The notes beneath the pieces were generated by a model. It saw only the letters and a list, made by a program, of their open reading frames with translations, made no database searches and had not been told where the DNA came from. A DNA stretch of 63,375 nt, the filler included, from Chiloscyllium plagiosum (Eukaryota): NCBI RefSeq assembly GCF_004010195.1. It is 4 parts of one record of this genome, joined end to end, with 100 filler letters (N's around TTAATTAATTAA, not from the genome) between each part and the next. Parts side by side here need not be neighbours in the genome. Positions count along the whole stretch, not along the records: positions 1 to 17,749 come from NC_057714.1; 3 more parts are not named here. One strand, written 5' to 3'. The first letter of the stretch is position 1. Each line of letters begins with the position of its first letter. Both the position numbers and the translations under genes were made by a program. Positions 1 to 12,465 of this stretch are shown one piece after another.

Positions 1-107
1 CCGAAACGTCGATTCTCCTGTTCCCTGGATGCTGCCTGACCTGCTGTGCTTTTCCAGCAACACATTTTCAGCTCTGATCTCCAGCATCTGCAGACCTCAC
101 TTTCTCC
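1..107 (+). mobile_element. PLE family A pseudo-LTR end and tail; hammerhead cut by the window edge
   Basis: Begins CCGAAACGTCGATTCTCC and ends GCAGACCTCACTTTCTCC; same sequence as the pLTR attached to the PLE RT at 11517-12865. Confidence 0.85.
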
Positions 108-2249
108 TCAAAAAGTTCCAAAGCTGCCAATGTTCTACCTTTCGGTAAGGTAAGATACCCTTTCGCAAAGTCCAAGGAAATTTTTGTGAGATAAAAGCAG
201 CATTTGGAAGAGGTTATTTACCTCAACTTCTGTGGTTATTGAAAGCAATCCTGTATGCGTATGAAAATGGATGGACTCATTTGAACCAGCATTCTGATTA
301 TAGTTGTAAGGGGAAATGTCAAATTTTCATTGCTTTTAAATTTACTGTTGTTTAACTTTTAAAAAAAAAGTTGTCTGCAGTACAAAATAAAATCAATGTT
401 GTTATTTCATTACTGTCTGTTGACATAATCCTGAATACCGTGGTTTGATGGCTTTCCATTATCCATTACCTAACATTCCTATTGCAATGTGACTGTCAAC
501 TGAATGTTTTATTAACATCCAAGGTTTTGATGTGGGGCTATGAATACGTACACTTGCTTTTAATAAGTAATTAAATGGTTAAATCAGATTAAATGTAGTG
601 GAAGTATTTTAGCAATGGCATTTTTTATTTAAAATTGAGAATTTATCAATAGGGAATTAAGGACTTATCTTATTTCAGAACATAGGCCCTGGGATCTGAA
701 GATGGTGCCTTCTGGATGAGTTGGCATGGAAGAAATAGGACAAAGGGTGGTGGTTGAGTGTCAGGTTAGCACAAAGTTGGCATGGAACCTTAAAAGGCCA
801 AGAGAGTGTATAATGAAATCTCGGTTATCAAGGATGGAGCGGGAGATGAGAAGCATGAACTGACATTGATAGGAAATGGTGATTGACTGGTTCAGGACAA
901 CAAGTGAGGGTGACAGCTTTCCTTTTTTTTAAAGCTGTAGCTAAGTCCTGATGATAAGGCCTAGGTTTTCTGCAGCAAACAACTTGTAAAAATGCCTCAA
1001 TCTCTTCCTGTGGGTAACAGAAGCGACTTATAGGTGGCACATTCTTCCATGTGGGATTTGCGAAATTGGGAATTTTGTTAGGTGTGGAAATTTAGGCCTT
1101 GGTGGTTGTTCTGTTTCTGTTTGGTTTCCAAATAATCATTAACAGAGTTATTTCTTGGTGTAGACACTTGCTTAGAAGCTGAGCCATAAAAGTGTAATAT
1201 TCGGTTTCAAGATAACAGCCAATTAACCTTGAATCTAGTCATATCCATTAAATATTACTGATTCCCCACTGCCAATAGCACTTCAAAGCAAATTTAATTT
1301 GTGAGTCAATATAAATGAATCTGCATTATGGAGGATGATTCTCGTAAGTTATTAATTTGAATGTTCAGGCTTGCTACTGTCTAGACAGCAGATGTTTTTA
1401 ATGTATATATTGTCACAATGTAGCGTAAAGAACAGAAGATTCACAAAACAGTGTGGCGCAATAATTGAATTCCATTACATGATTTAACTGATAAATTCAA
1501 TAATTAAGAAAGATTTTATTTCAGATATTTATCTATGAACACATAAAACCAAAGCATAAGAGTTTTAGCAATAGCTGTCCTATTATTAGCAAACTGGAAA
1601 ATATCTAATACATAAGTCAAACTATGTTTTATGTTCAATATCATTCAATGACTGATAAATAACATTAAAGTTACAAATTGCCCTAAATATCATAATGACT
1701 TGAGGCTTCTGGAAGATGATAGAATTGTAATGAGTGTCTATTGTTAGAAAGAACTACACGTGCTGAAAAATGTGGTAATTCTCTTATAATGTGTGGGCTT
1801 GTAGCTTTCAGCATTTGTAGAAACGTATTACATAAGGAACAGGCAAATGATTTTCCAATCATTTATAACAACTTGTGACAGTGCACATCTATCTTCAAAT
1901 GTATGTCTGATAGAAAACTGTATAACTATGGTTTATGTCACTATTTCCTGCAGTCTGTTTTCTGGTAGGAAATATATAGCTTGGTATTACTCTGAAGACT
2001 TTGTTACTGTAAAAACTCATGAATTGGTCATTGAGAACTTTGTTATACTTATGGATCTCCTAATGCTATGTTTTTTTTGTGTGTGTCGCATCTGAAATAT
2101 CTTTTAGCAACCATCAGACTAGCTGCAGGTAATTTTAAGTATTTCTGCACAATGTAACAAGTTCCCTACATACCTTAATGGGCCCCACCTCAAACTCAAA
2201 TTCACCCTCAAAATGGAGCAGTCCATCAAAATCCCTTCCTCAGTGTTAT

Positions 2250-2400
2250 AACAAAACAAAGAATTGTGGATGTTGGAAATTGAAACAAAAACAAAGTGCT
2301 GGAGAAATGCAGTATGTCTGGCAGCAACAGTAGAGAGAAACAGAGTTAACATTTTGAGTCTAGTGACCCTTCAACAGTACTAGAAGCAGCTGGGAAAGGA
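2250..2400 (-). mobile_element. Degenerate PLE family C terminal fragment with decayed hammerhead
   Basis: Similar to 9205-9304, 29415-29537 and 60985-61180 (GAGAGAAACAGAGTTAACATTTTGAGTCTAGTGACCCTTC). Confidence 0.65.
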
Positions 2401-2469
2401 TAGTGTGTATGTAAATGACAGGTTTTGGGTTGGAGGGATTATTGATGGATCATTTAATCAACACATTAT

Positions 2470-2920
2470 GTTAGCAGTTCACAACAGGCAAAGTATTGTC
2501 CATGATAAGCCAACCTGTGCTTGCAGAAATCTGAACATACTGTCCAACATTGGATGAGCATCTGCATTTGGACATCACCTACTTAACAATCCAGATTGTG
2601 TTGAGAATTATATTAACAAACAACTTAAGATGATTAATTGCTATCATCATGTGGTACCCTCACATAAGCTCAAAGGTATAGCCTTTCTTTTGCAAACAGG
2701 AAGAACCTATTCATGCATTACACTTTCTTCAAGTAAACAAAAGCTTGGTGGATAACTATTCCCGAATGCATTCCCCATGGTGATGCCTTGATCAATCGGT
2801 ACTGTTTCTTATTTGGTATAAATAGTTGTTCCTTTTGAAATCTAGTATTCTTGTGATTCTGTCCTGTAGGTGAAGGGTAAAACATTTTGACAACTAGTGT
2901 CTTTTCTCAGCAATATTCAT
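2470..2920 (+). mobile_element. Old PLE 3' fragment (GIY-YIG C-terminus and pLTR)
   Basis: From 2561 reads SAFGHHLLNNPDCVENYINKQLKMI, resembling the SAIxxHL...C...F.II segment of PLE GIY-YIG endonucleases. Confidence 0.55.
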
Positions 2921-3074
2921 AATATATGTTTTTTCCAATTCAACAACATATTAAGGCTGTGTTTAAAAAAAAGCAATCACAAGTGCATGAGTACTCCTGA
3001 ACTGCATGCTTCATTTAAAATGTAAAGATATTGGGCTTGCCTTGAGATTTTTATTGCTAAGTGAAAATTAAGTT

Positions 3075-4610
3075 AAACTTTTTGGAGGGATGCTGAGCAC
3101 AAGGCCCAGCAAGGTTGCATGCCACATCTTAGCAAATGAATCTTATTAACTACACACCCCACCCTTATGGCATCCTCACTTTCAACTGTATCTTTATCTT
3201 ATAGAAGAACCTAACACCAAAAGACATCTTTGAAAGTCTGTTGTGTTCCCAGAAAAGCACTGTCAACCTACAGCTGCCTTACACAATTCGAAGCATTTGC
3301 CCTGGACATGGCAGACAGGGGAAATTGTCGCACACCTTGGAAGTCCTGCTGGATGATATGGCGCAGAGGTGGGACTTCCTTTTCTCTGAGGACCAGCAGT
3401 GGCGGCCATGACACCAGACCATGCCAGTCTGGACTGCGGATTTTACCGGGATCTGGAGGAATTTCTTTTGCACTCTGCCAACATAAGTGCTTGCATCTTT
3501 TCTCTGCTAGTTCTCACATGTGCTGTCACTGAGGTTCATTTCCTACCACTCTCACAATTGCTTACAATGTTCTTCCCCACTCATTTTCACCAATCCCAAC
3601 CTCTGAAACTACTATCCCTGCATGCCCTCTGTTCCACCTACTCAGTTATTCAGTGCAGCTTTCTAGATGCACCAGAAGTTGCAGCTCTGCTACACACTTC
3701 AAACCCTTTTAAGACATGTCTCTCTCTCTCATTTCAGGAGGAAAACATACCCAGCAGAAAATAAAGAATCAAGATGGGCGATAGGCTGCCTGATATTAGG
3801 CTCCTCACCCCTCATATGGAGAGCGTTCTGGCTCTGAGTGATTTTTCTAAGACCCTGGGCTGGTGTTGGAGGCTTTGACTGATTGTGCAAGGACTCCCCA
3901 AGGCTTTGATTGGACTGAGGCCTGTTGACAACTATGACAAGCTTCCTGGAGGGCAGGGATGCCGTAAGCACCCAGCTAGCGTCAGAGTGGCTGTACATTT
4001 TAACAGCAAGTGATGAGCCCAGTAATGCTGTGGCAGGTCCATGAGCTGGATATATGTCCTTGAGCACATCATGTGCTTCCTGCAGTATTACTATAATAAC
4101 TTTGGCTAGTGCAGCATTGAAGTGCAGAAAAATCTGTAAGTGGATCATACATGTACTATGAGTGTTCTTACATGTGAGATAACACTATCTGTGGATGTGG
4201 GGGTGCATGTGGCTGGTGCCCTTGGAGCATCCCTGAGATAGTGATGCCTGGTGCCCAACATAGAGGACCTTTGGAGCAAGCAATGAGCTGAAGTCACCTG
4301 GTGCCTGCCCTGATTTCCATGTCGAAGTTTCTTGACCTCTAACTTGTTCGGTATGTTTAGTAAGATGAGAAGCTGAATATTAATGAGGTGAGTTGTAACT
4401 TTAATAAGGTGCTTAGCAAGCTTTAATCTTCCTTAATTGACAACTCGCTGCTGCCTAGCAATAAATTAGTCACACCAATCAGCAGAAGCATAAAGAATGG
4501 AGCAAGAAGCTCCCGATAGCAAGATGGGCCTTGCTGGGCTTCTCATCCAATTCTGCCACAAACGTCGCCATAGTCCACAGCGCACAGGCCCCTGAAGGAT
4601 TCCGCCCAAT
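3075..4610 (+). mobile_element. Degenerate PIF/Harbinger-like DNA transposon relic with Myb/SANT-like ORF remnant
   Basis: 3337-3438 reads LEVLLDDMAQRWDFLFSEDQQWRP*HQTMPVWTA; 11-bp inverted repeat at 3104-3114 / 4529-4539; ends GATTCCGCCC. Confidence 0.45.
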
Positions 4611-6090
4611 GAGCCAGAAATTTACCTGAGGCAGTGACATTGAATAGTTGGTGCTGAAGCAGCCAATACTCAGTTCCATTGCAGTCAATTTCCATGCAAT
4701 AAGTTTCGTGATGATATAAAATAATTAAAAATAAATAAATTACATGTTGTACCTTGCAGCAAATTGAAAGATTTTACAGCACATTAAATGAATAGTATTT
4801 CAGCTTAGTTTGTTAATGGTGAAATCCAGAGCCAGGAGATCCAGTGAACTTGCAATGTCAATTCCCCATTATGCTTCATTTTTTATCCAACATGTTTCTA
4901 ATCAGGCTCAATTACTGATATCAACAGGCTAGGTTTTATTCTATTATATATAATTTATATTTCCAATAGACGTTTTAAAAGCAAAATAATTTTACAACCA
5001 TGTCTTTGATTTGATTTTGAAATATTACATGAAAGATAATGTGATTACAATGAATTGATCAGAATATTACTTAAAATAATTAGAAATGATTTTCTTCATC
5101 TAAGCAATTCAATTAAGGTAGTATTTGATTACACTGTAAATGCTAAATGGACTCCCTTGCAAGCATTCGGATTTTTTTTATTAACCCTCAGAATGCTGTA
5201 GTCCATTTTGGCTACATCTATAAATTATATCAAGATTAGAATGTTGCAAATTTTGTCATTGCAGCATGTTGAAATTTGTACCTCTGTGTGTCAGACATTA
5301 CATCTGTATTCTTTGCTGCAAAAACTTGTATTTTTACTTACATTAGTTAACAATTCTATCACACTGCAATTTACAGCTTAAATGTATTGTTGTTCTAAAG
5401 CAGCAATTTTAAATATTATTCCAGCTCAATTCATTTCTTTCATTATTCTATCATTTAAGTCAGAGCTGTTGAACATGAGCAATTGAAAAGAAAAAGCAAA
5501 AGCTGTATTATATCACCATCCTGGGAGCCTGATTGTTTCTGCTGCGTTAATTTACACTAAAATCTATGACCCTGTGAGGCTGATTGATTGCTGAGGGCAG
5601 AAATCCAGCCCCTGCTCTAGTTTATTTTGTGAACTGTAGCCTTAGATATGGCTGCAAGCCATGATGATATTGATTTGATATACACTAGATGCCTCCTTGT
5701 GCTCTTTGGGAAATTTATTGTACGGAGTCAAAATACAGTCAAACGGGAAAAGGCAGCTCTTTAAATTGAAGAGGGTTATCACGGTTTGACTTCTGGGTCA
5801 CTCAGGTTACTGAATGGCCTCAACACAACCAGGATGGGGCTGACCTCAGGGAGTAATGTTCATCAGTTTTGAATGTCATCTCGTTTCAATGGTTCTGAGT
5901 TATTGTTAATAGGGACTTTCATAGTTGGTGACATTTGGTTACTTAAAGTTAAACAGCATAGTATCCTTCTTCCTGTATGACAGAAAATTACACTCTCAAT
6001 CCGAATAATAATTGATGCAATTCTTGTTTGCTTTTACCTTTCTTAGGCCATTCAAGATTCTCTGCTTTGATTGTTTGCTACTTTTTTTTT

Positions 6091-6399
6091 AGATTAGATT
6101 ACTTACAGTGTGGAAACAGGCCCTTCGGCCCAACAAGCCCACACCGCCCCGCCGAAGCGCAACCCACCCATACCGCTACATTTACCCCTCACCTAACACC
6201 ACGGGCAATTTAGCATGGCCAATTCACCTAACCTGCACATCTTTGGACTGTGGGAGGAAACCGGAGCACCCGGAGAAAACCCACGCAGACACGGGGAGAA
6301 CGTGTAAACTCCACACAGTCAGTCACCTGTGGCGGGAATGAACCCGGATCTCCGGCGCTGTGAGGCAGCAGTGCTAACCACTGTGCCACTGTGCCGCCC
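6091..6399 (-). mobile_element. HE1-type tRNA-derived V-SINE, full length
   Basis: Minus strand has tRNA-like head GGGCGGCACAGTGGCACAGTGGTTAGCACTGC with a B box, the V-domain, and an (AATCT)n tail. Confidence 0.9.
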
Positions 6400-7088
6400 G
6401 GTACTTACTCAGGTTTCAAAGCAAATCCATGTTTCCCAAAAACATACAAAAAAAGCTCTTGAGTAATTTTTACTCCTGCATGAGTATACAGTCATAGCAT
6501 TACAGAGTTTTTATTATCTGAAAAAAGGCCCTTCAGCCCATTGAATCCAATGCCAGATGCCAAGCATCTATCCATTCCCATGACATTTTTCAGCACGGCC
6601 CACAGCTCTATATACTGCAGTATAATCCAATATTGTTTCCTGCAAAGCTTTCTGTTTTAAAGACGGAGACCTGTTCTGAAGTTCAACTTAAGGGCTGCCA
6701 TATGATGCTCCATTTGATTGATGTTCCTCAAGTGTATCCACTTTCTCTTTGCCTCAATCATGTTCTTCAAATTAGGAACTAATAGGAAATCACAGGACAG
6801 AATCAATATCCCACCTGTACATTTCACACAATCACAGAAGGAGTTCATTTGGCCCATCTTGTCCATTCTAGCTGTCCACGAAAGCAACTCAGCTCATTCC
6901 ACACCTCTAGTGCTTTCCACACTGCCTGATGAGACAAAATTTACAGTACAATTTACTATTTTCCTGTTGAAAGCCAAGATTGAATTAGTCTCTGCTGATA
7001 CTGCATTCTGAAACATAAGGAGTTAATAGCTGTTCTCTTGCTTCACCTGATTGCTTCATGAACAAACCATCACTTCATTCCCTGTTTC

Positions 7089-7386
7089 GGGTGGCATGGT
7101 GACTTAGTGGTTAGCACTGCTGCCTCACAGCACTAGGTATCTGGGTTTGATTCCCACCTCAGGTGATTATCTGTCTGGAATTTGCATATTCTCTGTGGGT
7201 TTGCTCCGGTTTCCTCCCACAATCCAAAGATGTGCAGCTCAGGTGAATTGGCCATGCTAAATTGCTCATATTGTTAGGTGCATTAGTCAGGGGTAAATGT
7301 AGGGGGTGGGTTACTCTTCAGAGGGTCGGTGTGGACTTCTTTGGACAAATGGCCTGTTTTCGTGCCATAGGGAATCTAATCTAATC
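7089..7386 (+). mobile_element. HE1-type V-SINE
   Basis: GGGTGGCATGGTGACTTAGTGGTTAGCACTGCTGCCTCACAG head; GGAATCTAATCTAATC tail. Confidence 0.9.
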
Positions 7387-8039
7387 ATTTGCTGCAGCAG
7401 AATGAGATACCGTTGTATATTTCTTCATGTGAGCTGATCAAGCTTTGTTCTTTCATGTAGGAGCTGCTCACAGCTTAACCTTTCCCTAGTCTGCTGGAAA
7501 GAAGAAATAAAATAAGGAAGCAGAGAAGATGAAAATCTGAGCCAGCATCTTTCTACAGGGATTAAAAACAGCAAATCTCAGTCTGCTGATGTCATTATCT
7601 TCCATAGTCAGAAGCCTAACTCCCATACATTCTTCAAGAGAGTCAAGAACAGTTGACGATAAGAAACTGCAAAACAGAGCGAGTAGGATTATGATAAAAA
7701 TATAAAAAGCTTGGAGAATAGAATAATTATGGGGGAGGTGAAGCATAAGGGGCTAATAGCATTCATGATAATTATAAGCGTGCAATATCTGTGATATCAA
7801 ATAGTGTCAGATCAAAAATAGCTCTAATGTTGGAAAGAAAGATTCTGGTGAAGTCCTGCAACAGTCTACCTTATAAGTAATGTAAATAGTCCTCAATAAA
7901 TGTTTATTAGTTAATGACAGCATAGTTTCCAGTTCTCTTCAATCGAAGACGGGCAAATCCTGGTCTAGGTATTAATGCATATATCACTAAACACTTGCTG
8001 TCTATTTTTTCCACTGCGTACCACCACTGGTTTCTTGCC

Positions 8040-8610
8040 ATGCTCTTTAAAGCTGCATCATCTGCTTGTTAACTCATTGCCAATGGGAACAGTTTCTCCC
8101 TACCAACTTTGTCTAAACTCCTCGTGATTTTGATCACATCTATCAAAACTCCTCTCAACCTTCTCTTGTCTAAGGAGAAAGTTTAAAAATCAGGTTATCA
8201 TCCAACAGGTTTATTTGAAAGTAGAGGCTTTTGGAGCTAGCTACCTGATGAAGGAGGTGCGGTCCAAAAGCTTGTACTTTCAAATAAACATGTTGTGTGA
8301 TTTTTAACTTTGTCCACCCCAGTCCAACACCAGTATCTCCACATCTTGTCAAAGGAGAACCATCCTAGTTTCTCCAAATGCACCCACAAGACTTATCTCC
8401 AGGCACCATTCTTGTAAATCTTTTCTGTATGCTCTTCACTCCTTCTAAAATCCAGAGCACAGAAATGAACACATCTTCCAGTCAAAGTTGAACCATATGA
8501 TCATCATAACTTCTATGCTTTTGTGCTTATATACAGAAAGACCTAGATCCCTTATGGCTTTTTAAGCTCTTTTTTCAAATTGCCCTGTCACCTTTAACAA
8601 TTCATGCACA
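8040..8610 (-). mobile_element. Old CR1 LINE 3' fragment interrupted by a PLE insertion
   Basis: Similar to the reverse complement of other CR1 RT C-terminal regions in the window. Confidence 0.6.
8180..8343. mobile_element. Palindromic PLE family B mini-element with decayed hammerhead (CTGATGA at 8245-8251) and 16-bp TSD
   Basis: Inverted arms 8203-8234 / 8263-8295; TSD TCTTGTC[T/A]AAGGAGAA at 8164-8179 and 8344-8359. Confidence 0.8.
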
Positions 8611-8958
8611 TCCATCCTCGGTGAGCATATTGTTAGGAAACTGTCCAAGTAATTTTTAATATATTGAATATCTGAGTCACTAGGCAGACCAACACAATGA
8701 AAGTGTTCTAAAACTGTAATGTAATGCTGCTGAGTGTTGCAATGCTAAGAAGGAATGGTTAGAGAATGAAATGGTGAAGGTTAGATTCTGCAGTTCAGTC
8801 ACACAGCTGAGGGGAGGCAAAGGCCAATAATCTTCTCACCTGAGGAGACAAGAAGTGAAGATTGCTGACCAAGGAATAGATTTACACTGCTCCAAAACTG
8901 GTCACTGCATGTAAAAAAACACCCCCAAAACGGTCCCCAATATTAGCCTTCATTTCCA

Positions 8959-9056
8959 TATTCCTGATGAATGGCTTTTGCCCAAAATGTCGATTTTCCT
9001 GCTCCTCGGATGCTGCCTGACCTGTTGTGTTTTTCCAGCACCACTCTAATCTTGAC
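8959..9056 (+). mobile_element. PLE mini-insertion starting at a decayed hammerhead
   Basis: CTGATGA at 8964-8970, stem II, then AAAATGTC (GAAA lost); TSD TTCATTTCCA at 8949-8958 and 9059-9068. Confidence 0.8.
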
Positions 9057-9204
9057 CTTTCATTTCCAAGGGATTGGTGGGCTACAGGCAATTTCATGTG
9101 GAAGCTTGGTAAGATGCTCAACTGCTGGGTTAAATTATTTATTTAAAACGGCAGGCTCACTGTCAATATCAGCACCCATCCACTTCCTGTTTTATGGGAA
9201 GGGT

Positions 9205-9304
9205 CAAGGTTAGAGTGGTGCTGGAAAAGCTCAGCAGGTCTGCAGCATCTGTGAAGAGAAATCAGAGTTAATGTTTCAGGTCCAGTGACCCTTCCAGAGA
9301 ACTG
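9205..9304 (-). mobile_element. PLE terminal fragment with decayed family C hammerhead
   Basis: Minus strand reads CAGTTCTCTGGAAGGGTCACTGGACCTGAAACATTAAC...CCAGCACCACTCTAACCTTGA. Confidence 0.7.
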
Positions 9305-9966
9305 GGATTTGGGTTGGGGATAGAATATATAACATGGAGCCTATAACAGTACAGCACAGAAACAGGCACTTCACCCCACCATGTCTGTGCCAACCATGAT
9401 ACCATTCTGAATTAATCCCATTTGCCTGTACATGGTCCATACCTGTCTATTCCATGCCTGTTCATGTATCTGTCTAAATGCCTTTTAAACATTGCTATGA
9501 AGTCTTCTTCTACCACTTTCCTTGGCAGTATGTTCCAGGCACCTACCACCTTCTATGTAAAAAACAAGTCCCCTGTGTAAAAAACAAGTCTCGCGCATCT
9601 CCTTTAAACTTTCCCACTGTCACTTTAAACCTACGCTTCCTAGAATTTGACATTTCCACCTGGGAAAAAAACTCCAATTATCAATCATATCCAAGACTCT
9701 GGTAATTTTATATACTTCCATTAAGTTATCCCTCAGCATCTGATGCTCAAAAAAATAAATCCAAGTTTATCTACCCTCTCCTTATAGCCAATAAACTTCA
9801 GCCCAAGCAATATCCTGTTTCAACCCCTCTCCTAAGCGTTTACATCCTTCTTATAGTGTAGTGGTCAGAACTTCACACAATACTCCAAATGACGCCTAAC
9901 TAAATTTATTTTTATAGCTGCAATATAACTTGCCAACTTTTATACTCAATGCCCTGACCAATGAAG

Positions 9967-10167
9967 AGAAAGTGAGGACTGTAGATGCTGGAGATCAGAG
10001 CTGAAAATGTGTTGCTGGAAAAGCGCAGCAGATCAGGCAGCATCCAAGGAACAGGAGAATCAACGTTTCTGGCATGAGCCTGAAGAAGGGCTCATGCCCG
10101 AAACGTCGATTCTCCTGTTCGTTGGATGCTGCCTGACCTGCTGCGCTTTTCCAGCAACACATTTTCA
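9967..10167. mobile_element. Palindromic PLE family A mini-element with 16-bp TSD
   Basis: Inverted arms meet at about 10079; TSD GCCCTGACCA[A/T]TGAAG at 9951-9966 and 10168-10183. Confidence 0.9.
10080..10107 (+). ncRNA. Minimal type I hammerhead ribozyme core
   Basis: CTGAAGA-A-GGGC(TCAT)GCCC-GAAAC-GTC; the 5' strand of helix I is removed by the inversion junction. Confidence 0.7.
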
Positions 10168-11579
10168 GCCCTGACCATTGAAGGTAAGCATGCCCTATGC
10201 CTTTTTTAACCACCGTATCCAATTGTGTTACCACTTTCAGGGAGCTATCGACTTTCACTCCAAGATCCCTCTGCACATCAATACTCCTAAGAGTATTGAA
10301 TACTCTCATCTTGCATTTGACCTCTCAAAATGCATCACCTCACACTTGGCTGGATTAAACTCTATCTGCCATTTCTCCAACCAACTATCCAAATGATCTA
10401 TATCCTGTTGAATCTTTTGACAGCCTTCCTTATTAGCCACAACTCCACTAAGTTTTGTGTCACCTGCAAACTTACTGATGAGACCACTGTAAGACTGAAC
10501 AAAAATCCCCATATTCTACAATACTGGACCAAGAACCTGGACATTTCTAACATCTAAAATGCAAGACACAAGCCTGAGCTCAGAATGAGAATCCTACACT
10601 ACTTATATTCTCATCTAAAACATTCATATAAATTACAGGCAACAGAGGTCCCAAAACTGATCGTTGTGGAACACAGACCTCCGGTTAGTAAAACACCCTC
10701 CACAACTGCTCACTGTCTCCTGTGAACAAGCTAATTTTGCATGCAACTTACCAACTCACTATAGATCTCTTGTAACTAATCCTCTGGACCATGTCAAAAG
10801 CTTTAGTAAAGTTTACGTAGACCACATCCAGTGCCCTACCCTCATCAATCACCTTTATCACTTATTCAAAAAATGCAGTCAAATCTGGGACACAAGACCT
10901 CCCCTGCACAAAACCATGCTGACTATCCTAATAAGCCCATTCCTTTCTTTCATGCAACTAAATCCTGTCGTTATGAACCTTCTCCAATAATTTCCATAGG
11001 ATGGGTGAGAAGATAGTGGGGCTAACTAAGAATATATTCTGTATGCCACCCAGTGGCACAAATATATCCAGCTGGAGGGAGTGGGTGAGGTAAAATCCAG
11101 CCTCCACTGAGCATCACCAGACAGCTTTCTAGTAAAGAGGCTTTGGATTTCAGAGTGTTACTGTTATTACTATGATGTGAGTACATAAAAGGGAAGGGCT
11201 AATTGAGAAGTAAGGTGATCTGGAAGGAGCCACTGGAAAGAATGATGCCGGGTTATGCAATTGGGAGGGAAGGCAGTCAGGGAAGCGGATGACAGCAAGG
11301 GAAGGCAATTGAAAACCTGTGATCAAGCACCTGGAACTCCTTACAGTGAAGAACTGGAGCTGGAAAGAGCATGCTCAGCACCTTCCATCTCCATGTTCAT
11401 GTTAGCATTTTTCAAAACATGTATTGTTTGGTTATGGCTCGCTGTAGCCTTATTATGGGACACTGGTAGGCCACTTTGCCTACCTATCATGAACACAGTT
11501 GGCCTGATGTAGGGGCAGCTGAAAATGTGTTGCTGGAAAAGCGCAGCAGGTCAGGCAGCATCCAGGGAACAGGAGAATC

Positions 11580-11607
11580 GACGTTTCGGGCATAAGCCCT
11601 TCTTCAG
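11580..11607 (-). ncRNA. Minimal type I hammerhead ribozyme core in the PLE pLTR, sense to the RT
   Basis: Minus strand CTGAAGA-A-GGGC(TTAT)GCCC-GAAAC-GTC. Confidence 0.8.
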
Positions 11608-11656
11608 GAATGAGGAAAGTTTGTCCAGCAGGCTAAGATAAAAGGTAGGGGGGAGG

Positions 11657-12465
11657 NNNNNNNNNNNNNNNNNNNNNNNNNNNNNNNNNNNNNNNNNNNN
11701 NNNNNNNNNNNNNNNNNNNNNNNNNNNNNNNNNNNNNNNNNNNNNNNNNNNNNNNNNNNNNNNNNNNNNNNNNNNNNNNNNNNNNNNNNNNNNNNNNNNN
11801 NNNNNNNNNNNNNNNNNNNNNNNNNNNNNNNNNNNNNNNNNNNNNNNNNNNNNNNNNNNNNNNNNNNNNNNNNNNNNNNNNNNNNNNNNNNNNNNNNNNN
11901 NNNNNNNNNNNNNNNNNNNNNNNNNNNNNNNNNNNNNNNNNNNNNNNNNNNNNNNNNNNNNNNNNNNNNNNNNNNNNNNNNNNNNNNNNNNNNNNNNNNN
12001 NNNNNNNNNNNNNNNNNNNNNNNNNNNNNNNNNNNNNNNNNNNNNNNNNNNNNNNNNNNNNNNNNNNNNNNNNNNNNNNNNNNNNNNNNNNNNNNNNNNN
12101 NNNNNNNNNNNNNNNNNNNNNNNNNNNNNNNNNNNNNNNNNNNNNNNNNNNNNNNNNNNNNNNNNNNNNNNNNNNNNNNNNNNNNNNNNNNNNNNNNNNN
12201 NNNNNNNNNNNNNNNNNNNNNNNNNNNNNNNNNNNNNNNNNNNNNNNNNNNNNNNNNNNNNNNNNNNNNNNNNNNNNNNNNNNNNNNNNNNNNNNNNNNN
12301 NNNNNNNNNNNNNNNNNNNNNNNNNNNNNNNNNNNNNNNNNNNNNNNNNNNNNNNNNNNNNNNNNNNNNNNNNNNNNNNNNNNNNNNNNNNNNNNNNNNN
12401 NNNNNNNNNNNNNNNNNNNNNNNNNNNNNNNNNNNNNNNNNNNNNNNNNNNNNNNNNNNNNNNNN
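11657..12465. other. Assembly gap (809 N)
   Basis: Run of N. Confidence 1.

Larger units (their letters stand above)
9330..10995 (-). mobile_element. CR1 LINE RT/3' fragments, rearranged and interrupted by a PLE
   Basis: ORFs SKFAGDTKLSGVV...WQIEFNPAKCEVMHF and QRDLGVKVDSSLKV; CR1 3' tail near 9330-9400. Confidence 0.85.

Noticed and set aside
6108..6341. Recurrent short ORFs containing WPIHLTCTSLDCGRKPEH
   Set aside because: Chance translation of the HE1 SINE antisense strand
6320..6399. tRNA-like sequences at SINE heads
   Set aside because: SINE promoter regions, not complete tRNA genes
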